From contig CALXYE010000132.1 in NCBI GenBank assembly GCA_944392845.1, positions 725 to 64,724 of the forward strand: 64,000 bases of DNA, given 5' to 3'. Shown here piece by piece: positions 39,735 to 50,471 of the stretch (the stretch's first letter is position 1; each line of letters begins with the position of its first letter). The notes beneath the pieces are model-generated. The model did no database searches, was not told where the DNA came from, and saw only the letters and a list, made by a program, of their open reading frames with translations. Both the position numbers and the translations under genes were made by a program. Origin of the DNA: an uncultured Alphaproteobacteria bacterium (lineage in GTDB: Bacteria; Pseudomonadota; Alphaproteobacteria; CAAGCB01; CAG-977).

Positions 39735-42269
39735 ATGACTGACGCTAAAGATAAAAACACAAATGCTCCTCTGACGCTGAGCCGTCCGAAGTTGGAACTG
39801 AAAAAAACGGTCGAGGTCGGGCGCGTCCATCAGAGCTTTTCTAACGGCAGATCAAAGCCTGTTCAGGTCGAAGTCCGTAAAAAACGTTCTTTCGTAACCG
39901 ACGCGCGCGGACACGTTCAAGTCAGGGGGGCGGACGCCTCTGCCGAACTTGACGGCGAAAAGGCGCATCGTTTGAAGGTCTTAAAGGATGCGATGAAGGC
40001 CGACGAAGAGGCGAAGCGTCAGGCCGAGGAAGATGCCAAGCGCGCCGCGGAGGAAGCCGCGCGCAAGGCTAAAGAGGAAGCGGAAAGAAAAGCGGCGGAG
40101 GAAAAAGAAGCCGCCCGTCGCGCCGAAGAAGAAAAGGCGGCGCCCGTTGTTCGCCCCGTCGCCGAACCGAAAAAAGCCGAAGTCCGTCCGGCGCCGCAAC
40201 GTCAGGAGCCGCCGAAAAGGACTTTTGAAACCCGTCGTTCGGCATCGTCGGACGATTTTGATTCCGATATGCGCCGCAAAATGCCGTCGAAGCGTCGCGA
40301 CGCGCGCGACGATGACGGCCGCCATTCCCGCAGGGGCGGCGGCGAAGATAAATGGCGCGGCGGCAGGATCAACCTGTCTAATCTGATGAGCGGGGACGAC
40401 GACCGCGGCGAACGCGGACGCAGTTTGGCGTCAATCAAACGCGCCCGTGAAAAGGAACGTCAGAAAATGTTCGGTCAACCTAAGCCCGCCGAAAAAATCT
40501 ATCGCGAGGTTGTCATCCCCGAAACGATTACCGTTCAGGAATTGGCTTCCCGCATGTCCGAGCGCGGCGCCGACGTCGTGAAGCAGCTGATGAAGCTGGG
40601 CGTTATGGCGACGATTACGCAAACGATTGACGCCGATACGGCGCAAATCATCGTTGAAGAAATGGGACACCGCGTCCGTCGCGTTTCCGATGCGGACGTT
40701 GAGGAAGGTTTGCGCGACGCCGACGATCCCGAAGAAGCCAAATTGCCGCGTCCGCCCGTCGTTACCGTTATGGGACACGTTGACCACGGCAAAACGTCTT
40801 TGCTGGACGCCTTGCGTTCAACCGACGTCGCCAGCCACGAAGCGGGCGGCATTACGCAGCATATCGGCGCGTATCAGGTGCGTTTGGAAAACGGCCAGCG
40901 CGTAACGTTTATTGATACGCCGGGACACGCGGCCTTTACGGAAATGCGCGCCCGCGGGGCAAAGGTGACGGATATCGTCGTTTTGGTCGTCGCGGCGAAC
41001 GACGGCATCATGCCTCAAACGATTGAAGCCATTCGCCATGCCAAAGCGGCGAACGTTCCCATCGTCGTCGCAATTAACAAAATTGACGTTCCGGGAGCCG
41101 ATCCCGAAAAGGTGCGTATGGATCTGCTCAGCCATGAAGTTGTCGTCGAAAGTCTGGGCGGCGATGTTTTGGCGGTTGAAGTGTCCGCGAAAAAGCGCAT
41201 CAATCTGGACAAGCTGATTGAAGCAATCTTGTTGCAGGCCGAAGTTTTAGACCTGAAAGCCAATCCGAACCATTCCGCCGAAGGCGCGATCGTTGAAGCG
41301 AAAATGGAGAAAGGGCGCGGTTCCGTCGCGACCGTTTTGGTTCAGCGCGGCACGTTGCGCCAGGGCGATATATTCGTTGCCGGAAAGGATTGGGGGCGCG
41401 TTCGCGCTTTGATGGACGAACGCGGCCGCCGTCTGACGGAAGCAACGCCTTCCGTTCCCGTCGAAGTTCTGGGCTTCCAGAGCACGCCCGCCGCGGGCGA
41501 CGACTTTATCGTCGTTGCAAGCGAAGATAAGGCGCGTGAAATCGCCAACTACCGCCAGCGTAAGGAACGCGAAGCCCTGCAGGTTAAGAGCGCCCGTTCC
41601 GCCGTTGAACAGATGTTTGATAAAATCAAGGCGGGCGAGGTCAAAGAGTTGCCCGTCGTCGTCAAGGCGGACGTTCAGGGTTCCGTTGAAGCAATTACGG
41701 CGACTTTGAACAAAATTGCAAACGATAAAGTTCGCGTTCATGTTTTACACGCCGCCGTCGGAGGAATCAACGAATCGGACGTTACTTTGGCGAAGGCTTC
41801 CAATGCTTTGATCATCGGGTTTAACGTTCGCGCGAACACGCAGGCGAGGGACTTGGCGAAGCGCGACGGCATTGAGATCCGCTATCATTCCGTCATTTAT
41901 AACGTTGCGGATGATATCCGTACGGCGCTGGAAGGAATGTTGGCGCCCGAGCTGAAGGAAAAGATCATCGGCTACGCATCAATCCGCGAAGTCTTTTCAA
42001 TCTCCAAAGTCGGCAAGGTCGCGGGCTGTATGGTTACCGAGGGCGTCGTTCGCCGCGGAGCGAAAGTCCGCCTGTTGCGCGATGACGTCGTGATCTATAC
42101 GGGAGCTTTGGCTCAGCTGAAACGTTTCAAGGATGACGTGAAGGAAGTCCGCGAAACCTACGAATGCGGCATGTCGTTTGAAAACTATAACGATATTGCG
42201 GTAGGCGACGTTGTCGAGTGCTTCGAGGTTGAAGAGGTTGCGGCGAAGCTGGAAGAAATCCGCGTTTAA
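39735..42269 (+). CDS. infB: Translation initiation factor IF-2
   Basis: Charged N-terminal region. G-domain motifs [12 protein letters not shown] and DTPGH. Confidence 0.95.
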   Translation: MTDAKDKNTNAPLTLSRPKLELKKTVEVGRVHQSFSNGRSKPVQVEVRKKRSFVTDARGHVQVRGADASAELDGEKAHRLKVLKDAMKADEEAKRQAEEDAKRAAEEAARKAKEEAERKAAEEKEAARRAEEEKAAPVVRPVAEPKKAEVRPAPQRQEPPKRTFETRRSASSDDFDSDMRRKMPSKRRDARDDDGRHSRRGGGEDKWRGGRINLSNLMSGDDDRGERGRSLASIKRAREKERQKMFGQPKPAEKIYREVVIPETITVQELASRMSERGADVVKQLMKLGVMATITQTIDADTAQIIVEEMGHRVRRVSDADVEEGLRDADDPEEAKLPRPPVVTVMGHVDHGKTSLLDALRSTDVASHEAGGITQHIGAYQVRLENGQRVTFIDTPGHAAFTEMRARGAKVTDIVVLVVAANDGIMPQTIEAIRHAKAANVPIVVAINKIDVPGADPEKVRMDLLSHEVVVESLGGDVLAVEVSAKKRINLDKLIEAILLQAEVLDLKANPNHSAEGAIVEAKMEKGRGSVATVLVQRGTLRQGDIFVAGKDWGRVRALMDERGRRLTEATPSVPVEVLGFQSTPAAGDDFIVVASEDKAREIANYRQRKEREALQVKSARSAVEQMFDKIKAGEVKELPVVVKADVQGSVEAITATLNKIANDKVRVHVLHAAVGGINESDVTLAKASNALIIGFNVRANTQARDLAKRDGIEIRYHSVIYNVADDIRTALEGMLAPELKEKIIGYASIREVFSISKVGKVAGCMVTEGVVRRGAKVRLLRDDVVIYTGALAQLKRFKDDVKEVRETYECGMSFENYNDIAVGDVVECFEVEEVAAKLEEIRV

Positions 42270-42280
42270 GGACAAAACGG

Positions 42281-42694
42281 ATGAGAAGCAATTCTAAACC
42301 GCCTTCACAGCGTCAGTTGCGCGTCGGAGAACAGATTCGCCATATCTTTGCCGAAACGTTCATGTGCGGCAACGTGCCGAAAGAGTTGTCGGACATTCCG
42401 CCCGTTTCCGTTATGGAAGCGCGGGTGTCTCCCGATTTTTCGTACTGCAAGGTCTTTGTCCTTCCTTTGGGCGGCGATCATGAAACGGCTTTGGTTCTGG
42501 CAAAGGCCTTAAATCAGGCGCGCGGTTTTTTCAGGACGATACTGGCTAAAAAAATGCGTTTGCGCGTTGCTCCCGAAGTCCGCTTTTATGCGGATGAATC
42601 CGAACATGAAGCGGAAAAAATCGAAGCGTTGCTTTCTTCCGAAAAGGTTCAAAGGGATTTGAACGCTCCGAGGGAAGACGACGGCGCGGAATGA
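42281..42694 (+). CDS. rbfA: Ribosome-binding factor A
   Basis: RQLRVGEQIRHIFAE ... KH-like fold. 137 aa. Confidence 0.9.
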   Translation: MRSNSKPPSQRQLRVGEQIRHIFAETFMCGNVPKELSDIPPVSVMEARVSPDFSYCKVFVLPLGGDHETALVLAKALNQARGFFRTILAKKMRLRVAPEVRFYADESEHEAEKIEALLSSEKVQRDLNAPREDDGAE

Positions 42695-43467
42695 TAAAGG
42701 CTGTCTTTTTCGATATTGACGGAACGCTGATCAGCTTTAAAACGCATCGGATGCCCGAATCGACGCGCCGCGCTTTGAAAATGTTGCGCGCCAACGGCAT
42801 AAAGCTGTTCGTCGCGACGGGGCGCGCGCCGAAAGATACCGATTTTCTGAAGGAATACTTTGATTTTGACGGCATCGTTTCCTTTAACGGCCAATATTGT
42901 TTTGATAAAAGCGGCGTCATTTATCAAAGCCCGTTTCCTTTAAAATCCGTCGCCGCCGTTTTGCCGTATTTGGCGGAACACAATATTGCCTGCTGTTTCG
43001 AAACGGTTGCGGGCAACCGATTTAATTTGGTGGATTCCCGCGTATCGGAGCTGTTGGAATTGGTCGGCATGTCGCACGTCAAGCCCGTTTTGGCGGATAT
43101 GGACAATCTGCCGAAAGAGATATTTCAGCTGACGGTTTATGTGACTCCCGAAGAAGAAAAGCCGCTGATGAAGCTGTTGCCCGAATGCAAAGCGCTCAGG
43201 TGGTCTTCCCTGCTGATCAACGTGATCGGCAAAGATGCGGGAAAACCCGTCGGCATCCGAAAGGTTGCCGAACGTTACGGAATTAAGCGGGAAGAAATAA
43301 TGGTCTTCGGCGACGGGGGCAACGACGTCGACATGCTGAAATACGCGGGCGTCGGCGTCGCGATGGGGAACGCGGGAGATGAAGCCAAGGCCGCGGCGGA
43401 CTATGTTACGGCGGATGTTGACGACGACGGTATTTTCAAAGCGTTGGAACACTGCCGTATCCTTTAA
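42691..43467 (+). CDS. Cof-type HAD-IIB phosphatase
   Basis: IKAVFFDIDGTL motif I and FGDGGNDVDML motif IV. ATGA overlap with the rbfA stop. Confidence 0.8.
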   Translation: MIKAVFFDIDGTLISFKTHRMPESTRRALKMLRANGIKLFVATGRAPKDTDFLKEYFDFDGIVSFNGQYCFDKSGVIYQSPFPLKSVAAVLPYLAEHNIACCFETVAGNRFNLVDSRVSELLELVGMSHVKPVLADMDNLPKEIFQLTVYVTPEEEKPLMKLLPECKALRWSSLLINVIGKDAGKPVGIRKVAERYGIKREEIMVFGDGGNDVDMLKYAGVGVAMGNAGDEAKAAADYVTADVDDDGIFKALEHCRIL

Positions 43468-43500
43468 AAAAGCCCCCCGTTTTCGGGAGGCTTTTTTGAC
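43468..43500. terminator. Bidirectional terminator between convergent HAD and lipoprotein genes
   Basis: A5-GCCCCCCG-loop-CGGGAGGC-U6. Confidence 0.6.
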
Positions 43501-44070
43501 TCAAACGGCTGAAACGATTTTTTCCGCGGCATCGGTTTCATTCAAAGATTTTTTGAACAATTCCTCAAGACGTTCTTTCCGTAATCCCGTTGCGGCGGAT
43601 AAAGCGCCGATATGTTCCGCGTTTCCCGCTTTCAACGGGGAATAATTAAACAAGACGTAGCGGCGTATTTCCGAGATTTTATTAAATTTGTTCCGTTCGG
43701 CTTGCGTCATGTCGGTTTTTTCCATTTCCACATAGACGGAATCAGGCGAATATCGCCATACGCCGTTTGATAAAAAATCGGTTGTCCAACTATACAAAGC
43801 CGACAGGTTAATAATGCTGACGGGATTAATTTGTGAGGTTAAAACGGCCGTTGCGTCTTCGTATCCGCTCTTTTTCAGAACGATGACGGTGTTGCTTTGA
43901 CTGCGCTTTAAGTCGATCGCGCAGGGGGTGCTGCACATAGGCATGCCGTTAACGTACACTTTTGCTTTGGGAACGTTTGCGTTGACGGTTATATTTTGCC
44001 GTGTTCCCGAGAAAATCGTTCCGCATCCTGACAGGGTTAGGATTCCCAAAAAAAGAAGTAAAGATTTCAT
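43501..44070 (-). CDS. Lipoprotein (possible PEGA-like beta domain), unknown function
   Basis: Signal peptide plus lipobox LSGC. KAKVYVNGMPMCSTPC resembles PEGA. AT-rich coding DNA. Confidence 0.45.
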   Translation of the reverse strand: MKSLLLFLGILTLSGCGTIFSGTRQNITVNANVPKAKVYVNGMPMCSTPCAIDLKRSQSNTVIVLKKSGYEDATAVLTSQINPVSIINLSALYSWTTDFLSNGVWRYSPDSVYVEMEKTDMTQAERNKFNKISEIRRYVLFNYSPLKAGNAEHIGALSAATGLRKERLEELFKKSLNETDAAEKIVSAV

Positions 44071-44484
44071 GGCTTCTCCTTAAAAAAGCGTTCAATGAAC
44101 CAAAACCGCCGTAAAAGGCGGTCGGAGAGTTCAGAAATCATACAATGAGAATGATCGTTTTGACCTTTAATCCTTCAGAGATACAGCCGAAGAATCTGAA
44201 CATACGTCAAAACCTCCCCGACCATATCGCATGGAATCGGGGATATAATTCCGTTTTAAAACGGATTGACGGCGTTTATATCGACGCCGCTCATTGTAAG
44301 AGCTTCTGACGGCTCCGCGCCCGAGGGGCACTTGATGCCGAAACATCCGATTAAAAATAATAACAGCTTCGGAACAGATGTAAACAGTTGATTAAAGCCA
44401 TGCGAAAACGCCTTTTTTCAAAGAGTCGGGTTGTAAATCCCAAACGATTCCTGTAACATTCCCGCGCAAAAGGAAAAGGGACGA

Positions 44485-45411
44485 ATGGGAAAAAAACGCA
44501 AAGGCGACAACGTCAACGGCTGGGTCATCGTTGATAAGCCCGTCGGCATCGGCTCGACGACGGTCGTTTCGATTGTCAAACGTTTGTTCAACGCGCAAAA
44601 GGCGGGACACGCGGGAACCTTGGATCCCGCCGCATCGGGCGTTCTGCCCGTCGCTTTGGGCGAAGCGACGAAAACAATCCCTTATGTCGCGGACGGCGCG
44701 AAAACCTATCGTTTCGCCGTTCGCTGGGGGGCTTCGACGACGACGGACGATGCCGAAGGCGAGGTTACGGCGGTTTCAGAGGTTCGCCCCTCAAAAGAAG
44801 ACATATTAAAAATAATTCCTGAATTTATCGGCGAAATCGAACAGGTGCCGCCAAAATACTCCGCCGTTCACGTTAACGGGAAAAGGGCTTACGATTTGGC
44901 GCGCGAAAATGCCGAAATCGAATTGAAACCGCGTCGGATTCGCATTGACGATTTAAGATTGATCGAGGTTTCGGACAAAGACGCCGCCGTATTTGAGGTT
45001 GATTGCGGCAAAGGGACGTACGTGCGCTCTTTGGCAAGGGATATGGCGGAAAAATTGGGGTGTTTGGGGCACGTTTGCATGCTGCGCCGCACCCGATGCG
45101 GAAAATTTTATGCCGAAAATGCATTTTCACTGGAATATCTGAAGGCGTTAGGGCATATTTCTAAAGAATCAAACGAGTTTCTGCCCGTAGAGACCGTGCT
45201 GGACGACATCCCTGCTCTGGCCGTTACGGAAGCGGAAGCCCGCTTGCTGTCGAACGGCGGCTTTTTGCCTTTCGTTTCCGAACGCATTGAACCGCAAGGC
45301 GTTTCAATATCGGCGGAAACGGTGTTTCAGGCAAAGTCAAACGGCCGTTTGACGGCTTTGGTTCGCGTACGGGACGGTTTTGTTCGCCCCGTGCGTGTCA
45401 TCACTCAATAA
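44485..45411 (+). CDS. truB: tRNA pseudouridine(55) synthase
   Basis: GHAGTLDPAASGVLPV catalytic-Asp motif. Confidence 0.9.
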   Translation: MGKKRKGDNVNGWVIVDKPVGIGSTTVVSIVKRLFNAQKAGHAGTLDPAASGVLPVALGEATKTIPYVADGAKTYRFAVRWGASTTTDDAEGEVTAVSEVRPSKEDILKIIPEFIGEIEQVPPKYSAVHVNGKRAYDLARENAEIELKPRRIRIDDLRLIEVSDKDAAVFEVDCGKGTYVRSLARDMAEKLGCLGHVCMLRRTRCGKFYAENAFSLEYLKALGHISKESNEFLPVETVLDDIPALAVTEAEARLLSNGGFLPFVSERIEPQGVSISAETVFQAKSNGRLTALVRVRDGFVRPVRVITQ

Positions 45412-45428
45412 CGAAATAGGAGTATGCG

Positions 45429-45698
45429 ATGTCGATTACACCGGAACGCAAACAGCAGCTGATCAAAGAATTCGCGACGAAAGAAGGCGATACGGGTTCG
45501 CCCGAAGTACAGGTCGCCATCCTGTCCGAACGGATTAAAAACCTGACCGAACACCTCAAAGACCATGCGAAGGATTTTCATTCCCGCCGCGGTCTTCTGA
45601 TCATGGTCGGTCAGCGCCGCCGTTTGCTGGACTATGTAAAGGGCAAAGATCCCGCCCGCTATGAGAGCCTGATCTCTCGCCTGGGTCTGCGCCGCTAA
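45429..45698 (+). CDS. rpsO: 30S ribosomal protein S15
   Basis: 89 aa. [16 protein letters not shown] signature. Confidence 0.95.
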   Translation: MSITPERKQQLIKEFATKEGDTGSPEVQVAILSERIKNLTEHLKDHAKDFHSRRGLLIMVGQRRRLLDYVKGKDPARYESLISRLGLRR

Positions 45699-45705
45699 GG
45701 ATTTT

Positions 45706-45745
45706 GCCGGCGCGCGTTCTCTTGAAAAAGGGGGAGCGCGCCGGC
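45706..45745 (+). promoter_or_regulatory. 10-bp perfect GC stem-loop in the rpsO-pnp intergenic region (rpsO terminator / pnp leader RNase III-type processing stem)
   Basis: GCCGGCGCGC-20nt-GCGCGCCGGC, with no U-tract. The position matches the known autoregulatory pnp leader hairpin. Confidence 0.5.
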
Positions 45746-45831
45746 TAAAAGCATAAATTAGTCAATTTGGTTTGAAAACACATGACAACAGTCCTCCGAA
45801 CGGGTCGGGGGAAGAAGGAGAAAAAGTAAAG

Positions 45832-47976
45832 ATGTCTATGTTTAAGGTATTCCGCAAGGAAATCGAATGGGGCGGACGCCCTCTGTCCGTTGAAACGGGA
45901 AAAATCGGCCGCCAGGCTGATGCTTCCGTGATCGTCCGCTACGGCGAAACCGTCGTTCATTGCGCCGTTTGCGCGGCCAAATCGGTTCCCGAAGGCTCCG
46001 AAGAAGATTTCCTGCCCTTGACGGTCAACTATCAGGAAAAAGCGTATGCGGCCGGCCGCATCCCCGGCGGATTCTTCCGTCGCGAAGGCCGTCCCGCCGA
46101 ACACGAAATTCTGGTTTCCCGCCTGATCGACCGTCCCGTCCGCCCGCTGTTTGCCAAAGGGTATTGCAACGATACGCAGGTTACCTGCACGACGCTCAGC
46201 CATGACATGGAAAACGATCCCGATATCGTCGCCATGATCGCCGCGTCGGCGGCTTTGACTTTGTCGGGGCTGCCCTTCTTGGGTCCCATCGGCGCCGCGC
46301 GCGTCGGCTACAAGGACGGCGAATATCTGCTGAACCCCACGATGGCGGAACGCGAAACGTCTCAGCTGGATCTGGTCGTCGCCGGTACGGCTCAGGGCGT
46401 TTTGATGGTCGAATCCGAAGCGGGCGAACTGACCGAAGAAGTCATGTTGGGCGCCGTTACGTTCGGCCACGAGCAGATGCAGCCGGTGATCGACATGATT
46501 ATCTCGTTGGCGGAAGAATGCGCGAAAGAGCCTTGGGTTCTGCCGGCTCCCGCTCCCGAGCTGCAGATCGTTCATGACAAGTTCATGAAGGATTTCGGCG
46601 ATGAGTTGCGCGCCGCTTATAAAATCACGGATAAACTGGAACGTCAGAACAAGGTCGGAGAAATCCGCGACGCGGCAAAGGCCTCCGTCGCCGATAACGA
46701 AGCCGAAGCCGCCGTTGCCGCCCGCGTTTTCCATGCTTTGGAAGCCGAAATCGTCCGCGGGGCGATTCTGGATACGGGTATCCGCATTGACGGCCGCGAT
46801 ACGAAAACCGTCCGTCCGATTACGGCGGAGGTCGGCGTTCTGCCCCGCGCTCACGGTTCGGCGCTGTTTACCCGCGGCGAAACGCAGGCTCTGGTCGTAA
46901 CGACTTTGGGAACGGAACAGGACGAACAAATCGTGGATGCTCTGACGGGCGAATACCGTCAGCCGTTCATGTTGCACTATAATTTCCCGCCCTATTCCGT
47001 CGGGGAAACGGGACGCATCGGTTCTCCCGGCCGTCGCGAAATCGGACACGGAAAGCTGGCGTGGCGCGCGATTCATCCGATGTTGCCCTCCAAGGAAGAA
47101 TTTCCGTATTCCATCCGCGTCGTTTCCGAAATTATGGAATCGAACGGTTCGTCTTCCATGGCGACGGTTTGCGGTTCCTGCCTGTCTTTGATGGACGCGG
47201 GCGTTCCCATGAAGCATCCCGTCGCGGGTATTGCGATGGGCCTGATTAAGGAAGAAGACGGCCGCTTTGCCGTTTTGACCGATATTCTGGGCGACGAGGA
47301 TCACCTGGGCGATATGGACTTTAAGGTTGCCGGTACGGAAAACGGCGTTACGTCGTTGCAGATGGACATCAAGATCACTTCGATTACGAAAGAGATCATG
47401 GAAATCGCTTTGAAGCAGGCGAAAGAAGGCCGTATGCACATTTTGGGCAAGATGGCCGAAGCTTTGGCCGCGCCGCGCGATGCCGTCAGCGAGAACGCGC
47501 CCCGCATCACGACGATGCAGATCAATAAAGACAAGATCCGCGACGTGATCGGCACGGGCGGCAAAGTTATCCGCGAAATTACGGAACAAACGGGCTGCAA
47601 GATTGACATCGGCGAAGACGGCGTGATCAAGATCGCTTCCTTCTCTCAGGAAGCGGGAGAAGCCGCGCGTCAGTGGATTCTCGGCATCGTTTCCGAACCC
47701 GAGGTCGGCCGCGTCTATGACGGCAAGGTCGTTAAGGTTGTCGAATTCGGCGCCTTTGTGAACTTCCTGGGGGCGAAAGACGGTCTGGTTCATATTTCCG
47801 AAATGGCTCCGCAGCGGATCGCCAAAGTAACGGACGTCGTCAATGAAGGCGACCATGTCAAGGTCAAATGCATCGGCATTGACAACCGCGGCAAGGTCAA
47901 GCTGTCCATGAAGCGCGTCAATCAGGAAACGGGCGAAGATCTGGAAGCTAAAGCGGAAGAACAGGCTGAGGCATAA
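45832..47976 (+). CDS. pnp: Polyribonucleotide nucleotidyltransferase
   Basis: RBS GAAGGAG. Two RNase PH domains plus KH and S1 domains. Confidence 0.95.
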   Translation: MSMFKVFRKEIEWGGRPLSVETGKIGRQADASVIVRYGETVVHCAVCAAKSVPEGSEEDFLPLTVNYQEKAYAAGRIPGGFFRREGRPAEHEILVSRLIDRPVRPLFAKGYCNDTQVTCTTLSHDMENDPDIVAMIAASAALTLSGLPFLGPIGAARVGYKDGEYLLNPTMAERETSQLDLVVAGTAQGVLMVESEAGELTEEVMLGAVTFGHEQMQPVIDMIISLAEECAKEPWVLPAPAPELQIVHDKFMKDFGDELRAAYKITDKLERQNKVGEIRDAAKASVADNEAEAAVAARVFHALEAEIVRGAILDTGIRIDGRDTKTVRPITAEVGVLPRAHGSALFTRGETQALVVTTLGTEQDEQIVDALTGEYRQPFMLHYNFPPYSVGETGRIGSPGRREIGHGKLAWRAIHPMLPSKEEFPYSIRVVSEIMESNGSSSMATVCGSCLSLMDAGVPMKHPVAGIAMGLIKEEDGRFAVLTDILGDEDHLGDMDFKVAGTENGVTSLQMDIKITSITKEIMEIALKQAKEGRMHILGKMAEALAAPRDAVSENAPRITTMQINKDKIRDVIGTGGKVIREITEQTGCKIDIGEDGVIKIASFSQEAGEAARQWILGIVSEPEVGRVYDGKVVKVVEFGAFVNFLGAKDGLVHISEMAPQRIAKVTDVVNEGDHVKVKCIGIDNRGKVKLSMKRVNQETGEDLEAKAEEQAEA

Positions 47977-47997
47977 TTTCAAAAGGGAGCGATTCTC

Positions 47998-49392
47998 GTG
48001 AAGCCTTTGAAACCTTTATTTATATCGGGACGCGAAGTCCTCCCTCTGATTGAGGGAGGCAAAGGCGTCGCCGTTTCAACGGGAAAAACGGCGGGAGCGT
48101 GGGCGGCCGAAAACGCGGTCGGTACGATCTCGGGCGTCATTCCCGACGTCGTTGACGAAGACGGTAACGTCATCCCGATGAAAATTAAGGCAAAATCCCG
48201 CCGCGAGCGTTTTGAGGAGCAGGTGCGCCATTCGATAGAGGGATGCATCACTCAGGCAAAGCTCGCTTATGAAATATCAAACGGGCTTGGGCGTATCCAT
48301 CTGAACGTTTTATGGGAACAGGGCGGAGCGATTTCGATTCTCGAAGGTGCTCTGGCCGGTGCGAAAGGCCTGATCCACGGCGTAACTTGCGGTGCGGGAA
48401 TGCCTTACAAGCTGGCTCAGATTGCGTCCTCTTTCAAAACGTTCTATTATCCCATCGTTTCTTCGGGACGCGCTTTTAAAGCGTTGTGGGCGCGCGCTTA
48501 TCATTCTTACAAAGAATTTTTGGGCGGCGTCGTTTACGAAGATCCGTGGAAGGCGGGCGGACACATCGGCCTGTCCAACAGCGAGGATCCGAACGTTTAT
48601 GAAGATCCGTATCCCCGCGTTCTGGCATTGCGCAAAGCGATGAAGGAAGCGGGGCTGGACGATACGCCCATCATTATCGCGGGCGGCGTTTGGTATCTGC
48701 GCGAATTTGAACGCTTTATCGATAATCCCGAAATCGGCCCGACGGCTTTTCAATTCGGAACGCGGCCCCTTTTGACGAAGGAAAGCCCTGTTGCCGAAGC
48801 GTGGCAGAAAACGTTGCTGGGATTGAAGCCGGGCGATGTCGTTCTGCAACGTTTCAGTCCGACGGGGTTTGCGTCTTCGGCGGTACGGAACGGGTTCTTG
48901 AACGATTTGTTCGAACGTTCCGCGACGACGATGGAGTATAAGGACGCTCCCGAGGGCGTTTTCCAGTTTCCGCTGGAAATCGGACACCGAAAGATTTATG
49001 TGGCCGACGCCGATAAAACGCGGGCGAACGAATACTTTAAAAAAGGGCGTACCGTGATTTTGCGGGTTCCCGACAATCAGATTATTTTCGTTACGCCGAA
49101 AGACAACGAAAATATTCGGACGGCGCGGACGAATTGCATGGGATGCATTTCGCAGTGTCTGTTTTCGGGATGGTCTCAGTCGGGTGAACATAACACGACG
49201 GGCAAAGAACCCGATTCCCGTTATTTCTGCATTCAGGAAAAGCTGTACCGCGTCGCTCACGGTTTCCCCGTTGAAGGCGAACTGATGTTCGCGGGGGCTA
49301 ATGCCGTGCGTTTTGCGACGGATCCGTTTTTTAAGGACGGACGCCTTCCGACGGTTAAGGAATTTATCGCCCGTCTGCTGACGGGGGACTAA
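47998..49392 (+). CDS. Nitronate monooxygenase/FabK-family (TIM-barrel, FMN-dependent) oxidoreductase with C-terminal extension
   Basis: GTG start. NMO-like N-terminal segment. IIAGGV and FQFGTRPL resemble the GGI ... VQ-GT-F motifs. 464 aa is longer than canonical NMO. Confidence 0.45.
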   Translation: MKPLKPLFISGREVLPLIEGGKGVAVSTGKTAGAWAAENAVGTISGVIPDVVDEDGNVIPMKIKAKSRRERFEEQVRHSIEGCITQAKLAYEISNGLGRIHLNVLWEQGGAISILEGALAGAKGLIHGVTCGAGMPYKLAQIASSFKTFYYPIVSSGRAFKALWARAYHSYKEFLGGVVYEDPWKAGGHIGLSNSEDPNVYEDPYPRVLALRKAMKEAGLDDTPIIIAGGVWYLREFERFIDNPEIGPTAFQFGTRPLLTKESPVAEAWQKTLLGLKPGDVVLQRFSPTGFASSAVRNGFLNDLFERSATTMEYKDAPEGVFQFPLEIGHRKIYVADADKTRANEYFKKGRTVILRVPDNQIIFVTPKDNENIRTARTNCMGCISQCLFSGWSQSGEHNTTGKEPDSRYFCIQEKLYRVAHGFPVEGELMFAGANAVRFATDPFFKDGRLPTVKEFIARLLTGD

Positions 49393-49413
49393 GCCGAAGA
49401 TCTTGATAAAAAA

Positions 49414-49437
49414 AGACCGCTTTTAGGCGGTCTTTTC
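49414..49437 (+). terminator. Terminator after the oxidoreductase gene
   Basis: AGACCGC-UUUUAG-GCGGUCU, then UUUUC. Confidence 0.55.
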
Positions 49438-49535
49438 AATATGTTCCGTCATTTTTTAAAAAGAGTCTTGAAAAGGCTCTTTTTTTATTTAATCATAGAA
49501 TAAATAGAAAGTATTTAAAAAACGGGATAAATGAA

Positions 49536-49952
49536 ATGGGTAAAATCGCTCGTCCTTACGCGTGGACGGTAGATATTTTACGGCGCGCCAATTTGCGTCC
49601 GACGCGTCAGCGTATGGGATTGGTACGTTTATTGTTTGAAAACGGGCATCGTCACGTTTCTGCCGAGGAGTTATACAAGGAAGCCTGTCGGAACGGGTTG
49701 GATTTGTCTTTGGCGACGGTTTATAATACATTGAACCAGTTTAAGGAACTGGGGATCATGCGCGAGATCGTTACGGGCGGGGAATGCTCTTTTTTTGATA
49801 CGAACACGGCGCCTCACGGCCATATATTTTATGAGCAAAGCGGCAGAGTTGAAGACATATCGGACGATATGCTTTCCGTTCAAACGTTACCGGGGTTTCC
49901 GTCGCACTTGGACATATCGGGCATTGAGATCGTCATCCGCGTCAGGGGATGA
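49536..49952 (+). CDS. Fur-family transcriptional regulator, Irr-like (iron response regulator)
   Basis: LRPTRQRMGLVRLL winged-helix segment. No C-terminal Cys metal site but a HGH His cluster, as in Irr. Sits in an AT-rich neighbourhood. Confidence 0.7.
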   Translation: MGKIARPYAWTVDILRRANLRPTRQRMGLVRLLFENGHRHVSAEELYKEACRNGLDLSLATVYNTLNQFKELGIMREIVTGGECSFFDTNTAPHGHIFYEQSGRVEDISDDMLSVQTLPGFPSHLDISGIEIVIRVRG

Positions 49953-50310
49953 GTTTTTTTATCGCTTAAAGAAACATCGAAAAGATCCGAAAGCTCCCTT
50001 TATTTCGTTATTCGTTAAAAGGGGAAGAGGGAATTTAAATCCCCCTCAGACGTTAAAAAGGCGGGTATGTTCCGAAAGTTATTTTCTTAACGTGCCGAAA
50101 TTGTTTTTAAAAATTTTCGGATGCATGCCTTTTCGCGGCGGGTATCCGAATTTTTATACGCTTTTGAAATATAACGACATTTCTTTCTCCTTACTTTTAG
50201 GAAAGTGAAATAAACCGCTTAATAAATCCGATTGCAAAATCTTTCGGTTTTGATAGTGTGTTTAAGGAACGGTATCTGCCGTTCAGGGCGTCAGAAACCC
50301 TTTCAGAGAT

Positions 50311-50471
50311 AGTCGCTTTGCATAAGCGACTTTAAAAATAGTTATGCCGATTTCTGCTCCGTGCGGGCGGATGTCGGCTGAATACGGCTATCCGCCCAAT
50401 AGGTCGAGCCGTATATCTCTGTACGGTTTCTGAACATCCGCCCACCTTATTTTTTAAGGTGGGTTTTGTTT
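50311..50471 (+). promoter_or_regulatory. Candidate cis-regulatory leader RNA with mutually exclusive antiterminator/terminator structures, upstream of the lipoprotein gene
   Basis: Hairpin 50311-50331 (8-bp perfect). GGGCGGAUG (50365-73) can pair with UAUCCGCCC (50389-97) or with CAUCCGCCC (50435-43). The latter overlaps the 5' arm of the terminator CCACCUU-7nt-AAGGUGG + GUUUUGUUU (50442-71). Confidence 0.45.

Noticed and set aside
49795-50208. 137-aa ORF overlapping the 3' end of the Irr-like gene and running into the spacer
   Set aside because: It has no RBS, overlaps a supported gene in another frame, and gives a low-complexity translation. The region is better explained as non-coding regulatory DNA.
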